Translations under genes and position numbers: made by a program
Origin: an uncultured Chloroflexia bacterium
GTDB taxonomy: Bacteria > Chloroflexota > Dehalococcoidia > DSTF01 > WHTK01
Reading direction: 5' to 3'
Length of the DNA: 64,000 nt
NCBI GenBank assembly: GCA_963703905.1
Contig: CAVPFY010000007.1
Location: forward strand, 14,374-78,373
Notes under the pieces: model-generated
The model's database searches: none
What the model saw: only the letters and a program-made list of their open reading frames with translations
What the model was told of the DNA's origin: nothing
Shown: piece after piece, positions 1 to 8,544 of the stretch
How the letters are laid out: the number at the start of each line of letters is the position of its first letter
Numbering within the stretch: position 1 is the first letter of the stretch

Positions 1-294
1 TTCCTGCTCGTCGGCGCCGGCATCGGCGGCCAGATTCCCATCCAGGAGACCATCTGGGGGACCTACTTTGGCAGGCGCTACATCGGCCAGGTGCGCAGCG
101 TGGCGCTGCCGTTCTCGCTCTTCCTCGGCGCGGGCGGGCCCCAGGCAGTCGCGTGGTACTTCGACCACGTCGGCAACTACTACGGCGCCTTCCTGGCGCT
201 GGCCGTGCTCTGGGGCATCGCGGCGGTGCTGGTGCTCATGGTGCGGCGCCCGGTCGCGCCGGGGGTACGGCCGCCGCTGGAGGCGATCATCTGA
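1..294 (+). CDS. MFS-type transporter, C-terminal end (5' part lies upstream of the window)
   Basis: Frame 1 is open from base 1 to TGA 292-294. The translation ...RRYIGQVRSVALPFSLFLGAGGPQAVAWYFD...AFLALAVLWGIAAVLVLMV looks like the last hydrophobic helices of an MFS permease. There is no motif-level proof. Confidence 0.45.
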   Translation, partial: FLLVGAGIGGQIPIQETIWGTYFGRRYIGQVRSVALPFSLFLGAGGPQAVAWYFDHVGNYYGAFLALAVLWGIAAVLVLMVRRPVAPGVRPPLEAII

Positions 295-296
295 GG

Positions 297-1424
297 TCAG
301 CGCTGGCGATAGGCTGTCACCTGCTTCGAGACCAGCGCCACCAGGTCGCCGATCGTCAACGTCACGTCGTAGACGTGCAGGCCCCACTCCGGCGCGGTGA
401 TGAAGGCCGGAAGCGAGAAGCCGTCTGCCGGCATGACCTTGAGGTAAGAGAAGGCGCCGCTTTCGACGCAATCGCCGCGTACCTGTCCCTGGAATGCGAC
501 GAAAGGCGTGCTCACGCCGGCCGCGTTGGCGTTGCCGGCGACGGTGAAGTACGGATGAAGGTCGGCCGCGCCGCCGCCAACCGCCGCCGGGTTCACGCAC
601 AGCGCCCCGCGGCCGAAGAGGCTGTTCGCCGGCGGCGGCGACGCCGCCGAGAAAGTGGAGTAGGCGACCACGCAGCCCGTCTGCCCTTCCTGGCGGCAGG
701 CAGGGATGTTCGTGAAGTCGCCGCCGCGGTCGGAGCCCGCCGGCACCCGCACGGTCGCGCCGATGAGCAGGGCGGACACCAGCAGCGGCCGGACCTGGGG
801 ATTGGCGTCGAACTGCTCCTTGATCAGCTTCAGAAGCTGGATCGCGCCCTGCGAGTGGCCGACCAGCACCACGCCGCGTCCCTTATTGTCGTGCTCGAAA
901 TAGTACTTCCAGGCCGCCAGCACGTCGCCGTAGGCCGTTGCGGCGGCCTGGGGGTCGGAGAATCGCCCGCTGGTGAGAGCGCTCAGTGTCACCTGGCGGT
1001 AGACCGGCGCGAAAAGCCGGCATACCGACCCGAAGCGGGCGAACTGCACCAGGGTCGCGCCGGCCTCCTGAACCCCGGGCATGAGGTCAGAGTTCAGGCC
1101 AGGGTCCGTGCTCACGGTCGGGTAGATGTAGAAGCAGTCGACCGCCGGGTCGGCGGCCGGCCGGAATGGATCCGGCGACAGGGCGCCGTCCGCGGCCTTG
1201 ATCGTCGCGTCCAGGTTCGCCGTACAGGGCGTGCTCGACTTGTCGGGCCGGCAGAGCCAGTTCGCCGCGTCCCCGTACTGCACTCTGTCAGGCCCCAACG
1301 TGGCGCTCGCCGCCGCCTGCGGCGAAGGCGATGCCGAGCCCTCAGAGGCACGGCTTCCCGACCCGCCCGAGCAGGCGCTGAGTATGGCGCCGGCGATCAG
1401 GACCAGCGCGACGTTGAATCGCAT
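297..1424 (-). CDS. DUF3089-like alpha/beta-hydrolase lipoprotein (lipase-like)
   Basis: ORF track 297..1445. The inner ATG at 1424 gives the lipoprotein signal MRFNVALVLIAGAILSAC. Motifs VDCFYIYPT and LVGHSQGA (GxSxG nucleophile elbow) match what I recall for DUF3089. Confidence 0.6.
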   Translation of the reverse strand: MRFNVALVLIAGAILSACSGGSGSRASEGSASPSPQAAASATLGPDRVQYGDAANWLCRPDKSSTPCTANLDATIKAADGALSPDPFRPAADPAVDCFYIYPTVSTDPGLNSDLMPGVQEAGATLVQFARFGSVCRLFAPVYRQVTLSALTSGRFSDPQAAATAYGDVLAAWKYYFEHDNKGRGVVLVGHSQGAIQLLKLIKEQFDANPQVRPLLVSALLIGATVRVPAGSDRGGDFTNIPACRQEGQTGCVVAYSTFSAASPPPANSLFGRGALCVNPAAVGGGAADLHPYFTVAGNANAAGVSTPFVAFQGQVRGDCVESGAFSYLKVMPADGFSLPAFITAPEWGLHVYDVTLTIGDLVALVSKQVTAYRQR

Positions 1425-1445
1425 CGTCAAAGGGTACACGAACAC

Positions 1446-1560
1446 CTCACCCCCAACCCCTCTCCGTCAACGGAGAGGGGCTCCGGAAGGGCTCAGGAGG
1501 CGCTGGCCCGTTGCCCTCCCAACTCCCCTCCCCTTGGCGAGGGCCGGGGTGGGGGTTGGC
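1446..1560. repeat. REP-like palindromes between two same-strand genes
   Basis: Perfect 10-bp stem with a 4-nt loop, CCCCTCTCCG-tcaa-CGGAGAGGGG (1457-1480). An imperfect inverted repeat CCAACTCCCCTCCCC (1519-1533) / GGGGTGGGGGTTGG (1546-1559) follows. There is no U-tract, so this is not a clear intrinsic terminator. Confidence 0.5.
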
Positions 1561-2307
1561 TCACGCCAACGGCGTGGTGGAGTAGGCGTTGCAGGGCTTG
1601 AGGCCGCCCTGGTAGCCGCCGTCGAAGGCGGCGGTCCTCTCGGTGGCGGTGCCGTGGTCGCGGCGCGTGCCCTCACGCTCGCCGATCGCCTGCATCAGGC
1701 CGTGGACGTCGGCCAAATCATCGGGCAACTCCAGCCAGCCCTGGGCATCGGCGTAACGCGCCCATGCGCCGGCGATACAGTCCGCCTGGTTTTCGTAGTT
1801 GACGCTCTGCGTCGAGGTCCGCGGCGCGGGTACTCGGAGGACGGCCTGGAGGTGGTGCCCCCACTCGTGCGCCAGGCCGACGACAGGCGCGGCGTCCCCC
1901 ATGCGAAAGAAGGCCCAGAGCAGGTCCTGGCCGATGTAGATGGTGTCGTTGGCGGGACAGTATTCGTAGGACTGGCTGGTCGCGCCGGCATTGCCGCCGC
2001 CACAGGGCGTCGGACCCGCGCGGCCGCGGCCAACGAAGGCCACATTTCGAGGCTGAGGCAAGTCCGGGTAGGAGGACTCGAAGAACTGGGCCACCATCGG
2101 CCTCACCGTGTCCAGGAAGCCGGCCATCTGGTCGTAGGCGAATGCGTTCTCCAGGGTTTGGCGCTGTGGCGTGGCAGAAGGTTGAGCGGTGCGACTGGCG
2201 GCAGGCGCCGCGGCTGACTGTGGGCTCCCAGCCCCTGCCGCGCAGGCGCCCGACATGAACGCGACTGCGAGCGCTAGTACAGGTGCAGCGATGAGCGCAA
2301 GCTTCAT
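1561..2307 (-). CDS. Neutral zinc metallopeptidase (YpfJ/PF04228-like), secreted or lipoprotein
   Basis: Intact 248-aa ORF with signal peptide MKLALIAAPVLALAVAFMSGAC. Motifs YCPANDTIYIG, LAHEWGHHLQ (HExxHH) and ENQADCIAGAW fit the family pattern as I recall it. Confidence 0.65.
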   Translation of the reverse strand: MKLALIAAPVLALAVAFMSGACAAGAGSPQSAAAPAASRTAQPSATPQRQTLENAFAYDQMAGFLDTVRPMVAQFFESSYPDLPQPRNVAFVGRGRAGPTPCGGGNAGATSQSYEYCPANDTIYIGQDLLWAFFRMGDAAPVVGLAHEWGHHLQAVLRVPAPRTSTQSVNYENQADCIAGAWARYADAQGWLELPDDLADVHGLMQAIGEREGTRRDHGTATERTAAFDGGYQGGLKPCNAYSTTPLA

Positions 2308-2482
2308 GACCGTGACTCCCTTTCGTCCACCATGGCAGGCCAGCGGCGCGGCTTTGCTATGGAGCCTCTAAACAAGCGTTAAAGAAACATTTGTGAAATC
2401 GCGCTCAAGAAATCGCGATCGCTGGCGATTCTTATGGTGAGTCGACGGCCGGCGGCGATTTCGACGCCGCCCTGGGGCCGGA

Positions 2483-3136
2483 TTGGTCTGGCGCGTGCGC
2501 AAGCTACTGCTCCTGTTCGGACTGCTGATCGCCGTTAGCGGCGCCGCCTGCGGCGAAGAAGAGCCCAGGGCCGCCGCGCGGACGCCTGTGCCGCGGCCTC
2601 CGGCCGCGCAGCAGACCAACCCCAGCACGCCTGCCGCGGGCAAAGGCGCCTCATCGGCCCCGGCCCCGCCGCGGGCGCCGGCAGCGCCCGCGCCTACGAC
2701 AGCGCCTGGCGGCGCCGCGACCGGCAACACCGGCGGCTCATCGACAAACACCGCCCCGCCGGGGCCCGGCGTGAACCCGACCAGGGCGCCGCCTCCACCG
2801 CCCTCGTCGAGCGGCGGAGGCTCCAGCGCAGGTGGCGGCTCATCGGGCGGCGGTGGGACGGGCGGAGGTTCATCGTCGGGTGGCGGCAGCGGTGGGGGTG
2901 GAGTTGGCGGCGGGCCGATCGGCGGCGCGATACATCAGCCGACCAGCACGCCGAGGCCTGTCGGCGGCGGCCCGATCGGCGGCGCCCTCAACCAGCCGAC
3001 CAGCACGCCCAGGCCCGTCGGTGGCGGCCCCATCACCGGCGCCCTCAACGAGCCGACGAACACACCGCGCCCAGTCGGTGGCGGCCCGATCAGCGGCGCC
3101 CTCCATCCCTCGCCCACACCCACGCCCACGCCATAG
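2483..3136 (+). CDS. Secreted Pro/Gly/Ser-rich repeat protein
   Basis: 217-aa ORF with a TTG start (a GTG 12 nt downstream is also possible). The N-terminal hydrophobic segment LLLLFGLLIAVSGAAC is followed by low-complexity sequence. It ends in four tandem 19-aa units, GGGPI(G/T/S)GA(I/L)(H/N)xPT(S/N)TPRPV, at nt 2906-3133. Confidence 0.45.
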   Translation: MVWRVRKLLLLFGLLIAVSGAACGEEEPRAAARTPVPRPPAAQQTNPSTPAAGKGASSAPAPPRAPAAPAPTTAPGGAATGNTGGSSTNTAPPGPGVNPTRAPPPPPSSSGGGSSAGGGSSGGGGTGGGSSSGGGSGGGGVGGGPIGGAIHQPTSTPRPVGGGPIGGALNQPTSTPRPVGGGPITGALNEPTNTPRPVGGGPISGALHPSPTPTPTP

Positions 3137-3240
3137 CTGTCAGCTATCAGCTGTCAGCTATCAGGGATCAGGGATCAGGGATCAGGGATCAGGGATCAGG
3201 GATCAGGGATCAGGGATCAGCTATCAGGATCAGGGACCAG
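3134..3240. repeat. Heptanucleotide microsatellite
   Basis: Starts on the TAG stop of the preceding gene. CAGCTGT/CAGCTAT heptamers (3134-3159) are followed by 8 perfect ATCAGGG units (3160-3215) and degenerate units to about 3240. Confidence 0.9.
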
Positions 3241-3486
3241 GTTGTGAGCGTCGACACCTGGTTCGGTAAGATTGAATCTCGCCCAGATCCTCCCAAGCCT
3301 TTGGTCAAGGGCGCCTGACTCCTTACCCCCTCTCACCTCATCCCTCGCACCCTTGACGCTTTGATATTTGACTTTGGATATAACGATGTTATGCTCGGAC
3401 ATCGGCGTTTTCGACGGCATGGAAACTGTTAGCCACAGGGAGCAGGGAGAGCAGTGGAAGGCAATTACTGGACCCGGCAACTTACG

Positions 3487-5262
3487 ATGACGCGGCGCCG
3501 CCGCGAGGTGCTCAAAGGCGGCCTGGCGGCGGGGCTGGGCGCCGCCGCGATGTCCCTGATCGGCTGCGGCGGCGGCAAGGACGGCAACGAGGCTTCGACA
3601 GGGCCAAGGACTCCAGCGGCCTGATCACGCAGCCGGAGGACAGCACCTCCAGGGCCGTGCGCGGTGGCGTCTTCAAGGCTTATGCCGGCAGCGACGTCCC
3701 CAGCTGGGACCCGATCGGTGGCCGTCAGTCCGCCTCCGCCGGCATCCCCACGGACGCCTACATCCCCCTGGTGCGGCAGAAGGTCGGCTACCTCAAAGAG
3801 CAGTCGTCGGCCGAGACGGAGCCATACGCGGCCGAGTCCATCGAAGCGACCGAGGGAGGGCTGAAGTACATCGTCAAGCTGCGCGGCAACGGCGGCTTCG
3901 ACCCCGGCCGCCCACCAACGGCCGCATCCTCGACGCCGACGACGTCATCTTCAGCTGGAAGAAGTTCGAGGCGCTGTCGCGCAATCGGGCCAACCTGGCG
4001 CGCTCCGCCAACCCAAACGCGCCCCTGCAGAGCGTCACCGCCATCGACTCGAAGACGGTGTCGCTGAACCTCGCCGCGCCCGACGCCGACTTCCTGGTGC
4101 TGCTGCGGGGCCTCCTGATTGAGCCGAAGGAGGCAGACGGCAAGTACGACCCCAACGGCGAGATGCGCGGTTCGGGGCCCTGGATGGTCACCGAGTACAA
4201 GCCATCCGTATCGGCCACCTTTCAGCGCAACCCCAACCACTTCAACAAGGACAAGTATCACTTCGACTCCGCGGAGTACCCGATCATCCCCGAGTACTCG
4301 TCGGCCCTGGCTCAGTTCCGCACGGGCAACATCTACCAGTTCACCCCCAACAAGCTCGACCTCCTGCCGACCAAGAAGGACGTGCCGCAACTGGACATGT
4401 TCTACGACCCCCTCGTCACCACGCTCAACGGCCTGATGCCTCTCGGCTGGCTCGAAGGCTCGCCGGTGCGCGACGTGCGCGTCCGCCAGGCGCTGCGCAT
4501 GGCCATCGACGAAGAGGCCTTCGTCAGCACCTTCTTCGAGGTCGACAAGCTCAAGGCGCAGGGCCTGCCCGTCGAGTACTTCTTCAACAGCTCCTGGTCG
4601 ACCGCGGCCTATTCGGGCTGGTGGCTGGACCCCCAGGGCAAGGACTTCGGCCCGAACTCCAAGTACCTCAAGTACAACGCCGCCGAGGCCAGGAAGCTTC
4701 TCGCCGCCGCCGGTTATGCCAACGGCGTCGATATCCCGGCCCTGTACTTCACCTCGGCTGAGTACGGCACCGACTTCCCCAAGTACATCGAGGTGGTGCT
4801 GGGCATGTTCCGAGAGGCCGGCATCCAGCCGAAATCTCAGATCACCAACTATCAGAGCGAATGGATTCCGCAGGTGTTCAACGGCAAGGGCAAGTTCAAC
4901 GGCATGTCCTTCACGTTGCGCGGCGACTCCGCCGTGACCGGCCTGCCCAACCTGTCACAAAGACCGGCAGCCGCTTCTACGGTTTCGACGTCAACGGCCG
5001 CGACCCGGAGAACGGCGACCCGGCACTGGAGGACATGATCTTCAAGCAGCGCCAGGAGCTGGACATCCCCAGGCGCCAGGCCCAGGTCTTCGAGATCCAG
5101 CGTTATCTCGCGGAGAAGGCCTACTACCCGCAGTTCATCCCGGCCTGGTCAACCACCTTCACGCTCAACTGGCCGATCCTCCGCAACCAGCGCGTCTGGT
5201 TCGGCGCCGACCGCTTCGAAAGCCAGTGGCTCGATCAGACAAGGCCGCCGGCCAAGAGCTAA
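3487..5262 (+). pseudogene. Family-5 (DppA/OppA-type) ABC substrate-binding lipoprotein, frame-disrupted
   Basis: ATG 3487 gives the Tat/lipobox leader MTRRRREVLKGGLAAGLGAAAMSLIGCGGG. Homology to the intact paralogues at 14249, 17505 and 41915 continues through ORF-track pieces 3657..4067, 4058..5038 and 4861..5262 in three different frames. Shifts lie near 3585, 3900 and 4955. Confidence 0.8.
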
Positions 5263-5420
5263 GAAGCTCACGGCCGGAAATGCTCCTACCGGGGCCAGGC
5301 TTCCTCCGGAGGCTCGCCCCGGTTCCCTTTTGGGGGAGGTGTGAGATGCGAGGTGTGAGGCGTCAGGCATCGGCGCCCATCGACCGCCGCACGCCGCCTG
5401 CTTCAGACGCCAACTTCTCG

Positions 5421-5467
5421 CCGATCATCCTGAGCTTGTCGAAGGACGGAGATCGTCGAAGGACGGA
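5421..5467. repeat. Copy of the dispersed CGTCCTGAGG..CTCGAAGGACG-type palindromic repeat
   Basis: The core ATCCTGAGCTTGTCGAAGGACGG plus the partial repeat TCGTCGAAGGACGG is related to the units at 30198-30290 and 58472-58506. Confidence 0.5.
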
Positions 5468-5504
5468 CACGACCGCTACACACGCCACGAATTTAGCGAA
5501 GATT

Positions 5505-5558
5505 TAGGCCGGGCCTTCCAGGCCGGCCCGCTTGCTACGCGCGTTCGCGAAGCGGGCC
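5505..5558. terminator. Hairpins between convergent genes (REP unit plus stem-loop after the TetR stop)
   Basis: TAGGCCGGGCCTTCCAGGCCGGCCCG (5505-5530) belongs to the family also seen at 9832 and 23004. GGCCCGCTT (5525-5533) pairs with AAGCGGGCC (5550-5558) directly after the TetR stop at 5559. There is no U-tract. Confidence 0.4.
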
Positions 5559-6200
5559 TCAGGCGAGCAACTCCGCCAGCGCTTCACCCGCTGCCGATGG
5601 CTCCGTCAGGAAGCCGGCAAGCACGATCGCCGCGGCCCTGCGACGGTTGCCCGGGCCCTGATCGTCCGGCGATAGGGCCACGTCGATGCCAAGCCCACTG
5701 GTCAGGGAGAAAAGCGCCAGGGCGGCGTCCTGCGGCGCCAGGTCCGGCCTGAACGTCCCGTCTTCGACGCAGGCGGCGATGCAGCGGGCCAGCTCCGAGA
5801 CCTGGTGGGCCGCCCTCGCCTTGTAGTGGGTGGCCAGCTCCGGCTCCCTGGCGGCGTAAGACCAGTACTCGAGCCAAAAGGTCCAGGGCAGAGCGCCGGC
5901 ATTCTCGACGCGCAGGCTCTCGTCGACGAAGGCCAGGAGCCACTCCAGCCCCGGCTCCGGGCCGGCCCGGTCCAGCACTCGGTTCCGCAGCGCGCGTTCC
6001 GCCGAAAGCGATGCGTCCTTGAGGAGCGCCATCTTGTTCTGGTAGTAGTGGGTGAGCATGCCGGTTGTGGCGCCCGCCCGCTTCGCCACCTTGCGCAGGG
6101 TCACGCCGGCGATGCCTTCTTCCGAGACACAGGCGGCGACAGCGCCGATAATCTGCTCGCGCCGGTCCAGTGGTTTCTTCGTCACCCTCTCTACCATCAA
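5559..6200 (-). CDS. TetR/AcrR-family transcriptional regulator
   Basis: Intact ORF with an N-terminal HTH region, GIAGVTLRKVAKRAGATTGMLTHYYQNK. Its start (TTG 6200 or ATG 6197) overlaps the stop of the upstream gene. Confidence 0.8.
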   Translation of the reverse strand: MMVERVTKKPLDRREQIIGAVAACVSEEGIAGVTLRKVAKRAGATTGMLTHYYQNKMALLKDASLSAERALRNRVLDRAGPEPGLEWLLAFVDESLRVENAGALPWTFWLEYWSYAAREPELATHYKARAAHQVSELARCIAACVEDGTFRPDLAPQDAALALFSLTSGLGIDVALSPDDQGPGNRRRAAAIVLAGFLTEPSAAGEALAELLA

Positions 6201-7078
6201 GCACTCCCATCCATGACGACGCCTGAGCGAACCAGCCGCGCGATCTCGGCGCGCGTGTATCCCGCTTCCTTCAAAATCTGGCGCGAATGCTGGCCCGGCA
6301 GGGGAATGTAGCGGGCCTCGTCAGACTTTGTCCACGATGCGTAGTAGGCCGCGCCGACATGCTCAACGGTGCCAAACTGGGGGTCGGACGTGGTCCTGAT
6401 CAGGCCCGATGCGCGCACTTCCTCGTCGTCGAAGAGCTCCCACAGGCGGCGCACTCTCTCGGCCGCGATCCCAGCCTGGCGAAACTCGGCAATCAATGAT
6501 TCACACGTCTTCGTCGCGAACTCTTTTTCGATATTATGCCGCACCTGCTTATTCGCGGCGCTGCCTACCTCCCGAAACATCGGCCGGGGATTCCCCGAGA
6601 TGCGCGCCGGCCAGTTCTCGGTTGGGCAGTGGACGTAGGTCCAGCCGTCCGCGCAGCGGAACAAGCGCGACGTCAGCCAGCTCTCCAGCGGGTCGTAGCT
6701 CATCGGCTTGCGCTCCGGGAAGTCGAACAGGAGCATCGACTGCACCAGGCCCACGCCGGCCACGAGCGACGTTTCGACCTTGCGGCCGCGGCCGCTGGAA
6801 TCGCGCTCTCGCAGGGCCGCGAGGACGCCGAGGGCGGCGCAATAGGCGGTCGAGTAGTCGCTCAGGGCCAGCGGCATGAAACTCGGCCGGCCTTCAGGGC
6901 GGCCGAACTCTGCCTCCAGGCCGGTTGTCGCCTGCGCCGAGGGCTCCCAGCCGTGACGCGTCGCGAACGGGCCGCTGTGTCCGAAGCAGTTGATGTGCGC
7001 GTAAACGATCCCGGGGCGGCGGCGCGAAATTGCCTCGTAGCCAAATCCCAGCTTCTCGGCCGTCCCCAGCGCCACCAC
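6197..7078 (-). pseudogene. Family III CoA-transferase lacking the N-terminal ~90 aa (gene remnant or truncated paralogue)
   Basis: The 293-aa ORF begins at the ...KLGFGYEAI... segment and keeps the mid-domain (LALSDYSTAYCAALGVLAAL). The usual N-terminal LxGxRVLD..AGP..LADLGAxV(I/V)K(V/I)E CoA-binding part is absent. Only about 125 nt separate it from the divergent gene, so the missing part cannot be encoded upstream. Confidence 0.55.
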
Positions 7079-7205
7079 CCCGTCAGAATTCTGACGATGC
7101 TATTTGCCCCCCGGCTTTCTCGTCCAGTCGGCGCCTGCTGTTAGACACGCTCGCCGGGCTGGGCTATTCTCACACGGCCCCGCGTTACAACAGAAAGAGG
7201 AAAAG

Positions 7206-8471
7206 ATGACCGCACCCAGCGCCACCAGAGGTCTCTCGCTGCCCGCCGCCGACCCGGCCGAGATGGGATTCATGCCCGAACGTCTGGCCCGCATCCGGCC
7301 CGCGATGCAGCGCTTCATCGACGAAGGCAAGGTGCCTAACCTGGTGACCCTGATCGCCCGCCGCGGCCGGATGGTGCACCTGGAAGCACAGGGCTACATG
7401 GACATCGAGAGCCGGGCGCCGGTCTCGACGGACACGATATTCCGCCTTTATTCGAACTCCAAGCCAATCGCCGGTGTCGCCGCGATGATCCTGTTCGAGG
7501 AAGGCCTCCTGACCGTCGACGACCCGATCTCGAAGTTCTTGCCGGCGTTCAGCAAGCAGGTTGTGCGCTCCGACATGCCCGGCGTCACCGAGCCGGTGCG
7601 GCGCGAGATCACGATCCGCGACTGCTTCCGCCACACCAGCGGTATCGCCTCCGCGGCGCGGGCGCCGCTGGCCTACCGCAACCAGTATCGCGACGAAATG
7701 GCGACGCTGGGCTGGATGACGTCGCAGGACGGCAGCTCCGGCGCGCCCACCGCCCGCGAGCGGGTCGAGGCGCTGGGGCGCCTTCCGCTGAGCTTCCAAC
7801 CCGGCATGGCCTATGAGTACCACGCCGGCTATCTGGCCATCGGCGCGATCATCGAAACCGTCACCGGCCAGTCGCTGGACGCGTTCTACCAGCAGCGCAT
7901 CTTCGGGCCCCTGGGCATGACGCAAACGTCCTGGTACCTGGACGAGGCCGCCCTGCCGCGCTTCCCGACCTGCTACCGGCCCCAGAACGAGGGCGGCCAG
8001 TGGAAGCTGGCGGTCCAGGAACGCCCCGAGACCAGCGAGAAGGTGAAGGGCCCGCGCGTCTTCTTCGGCGCCGGCGGCGACCAGGGTGGCCTACTCTCGA
8101 CCGTCGAAGACTACGCGCGCTTCGGCCAGATGCTCCTCAACGGTGGCGAGCTCGACGGTGTGCGCGTCCTCGGACGCAAGACCGTGGAGCTCATGACCAG
8201 CGACCATTCGGAGGGCCTTCTGATACCGGCGCGCGGCCCCGGGTTCGGCTGGGGCATCGGCGTTGCCGTGCGAAACGGCATCGGCGGCCTGCCGTTGATG
8301 CGCTCCGTGGGTTCTTACGGCTGGGGCGGCGCCGCCGGCACTCAGTACCTTGGCGACCCTGCGGAGGACCTGCTCCTGGTCTGTTTTACGCAGGTCATGG
8401 GGCGGCTGATGATGCCCGGCAACACCTATTGGGAGGAGTTCGAGCGCATGGCCTACCAGTCCCTGGCCTGA
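7206..8471 (+). CDS. Serine hydrolase / beta-lactamase-family protein (class C/esterase-like)
   Basis: ORF track 7104..8471. ATG 7206 is preceded by the RBS AAGAGG. The SxxK motif LYSNSKPIAG is present, and length and layout are typical of the PF00144 family. Confidence 0.7.
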   Translation: MTAPSATRGLSLPAADPAEMGFMPERLARIRPAMQRFIDEGKVPNLVTLIARRGRMVHLEAQGYMDIESRAPVSTDTIFRLYSNSKPIAGVAAMILFEEGLLTVDDPISKFLPAFSKQVVRSDMPGVTEPVRREITIRDCFRHTSGIASAARAPLAYRNQYRDEMATLGWMTSQDGSSGAPTARERVEALGRLPLSFQPGMAYEYHAGYLAIGAIIETVTGQSLDAFYQQRIFGPLGMTQTSWYLDEAALPRFPTCYRPQNEGGQWKLAVQERPETSEKVKGPRVFFGAGGDQGGLLSTVEDYARFGQMLLNGGELDGVRVLGRKTVELMTSDHSEGLLIPARGPGFGWGIGVAVRNGIGGLPLMRSVGSYGWGGAAGTQYLGDPAEDLLLVCFTQVMGRLMMPGNTYWEEFERMAYQSLA

Positions 8472-8544
8472 AAGCAGGAGCAGGAGCGGAACGCGAAGCA
8501 GGCAGGCTATTCGAGCGTCCAGCCATCAGGGGGAGAGGCATCAC

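Noticed and set aside
153-1601. Long ORFs overlapping or antisense to better-supported genes: 153..1601, 1198..2217, 8395..9585, 10849..12105, 12725..14191, 18564..20009, 20628..21521, 37694..39223, 39695..41080, 23048..24109 and similar
   Set aside because: Their products are Arg/Ala/Gly/Pro-rich with no motifs, and each lies opposite or out of frame to a gene with clear family signatures. Stop-poor alternative frames are expected at this G+C content.
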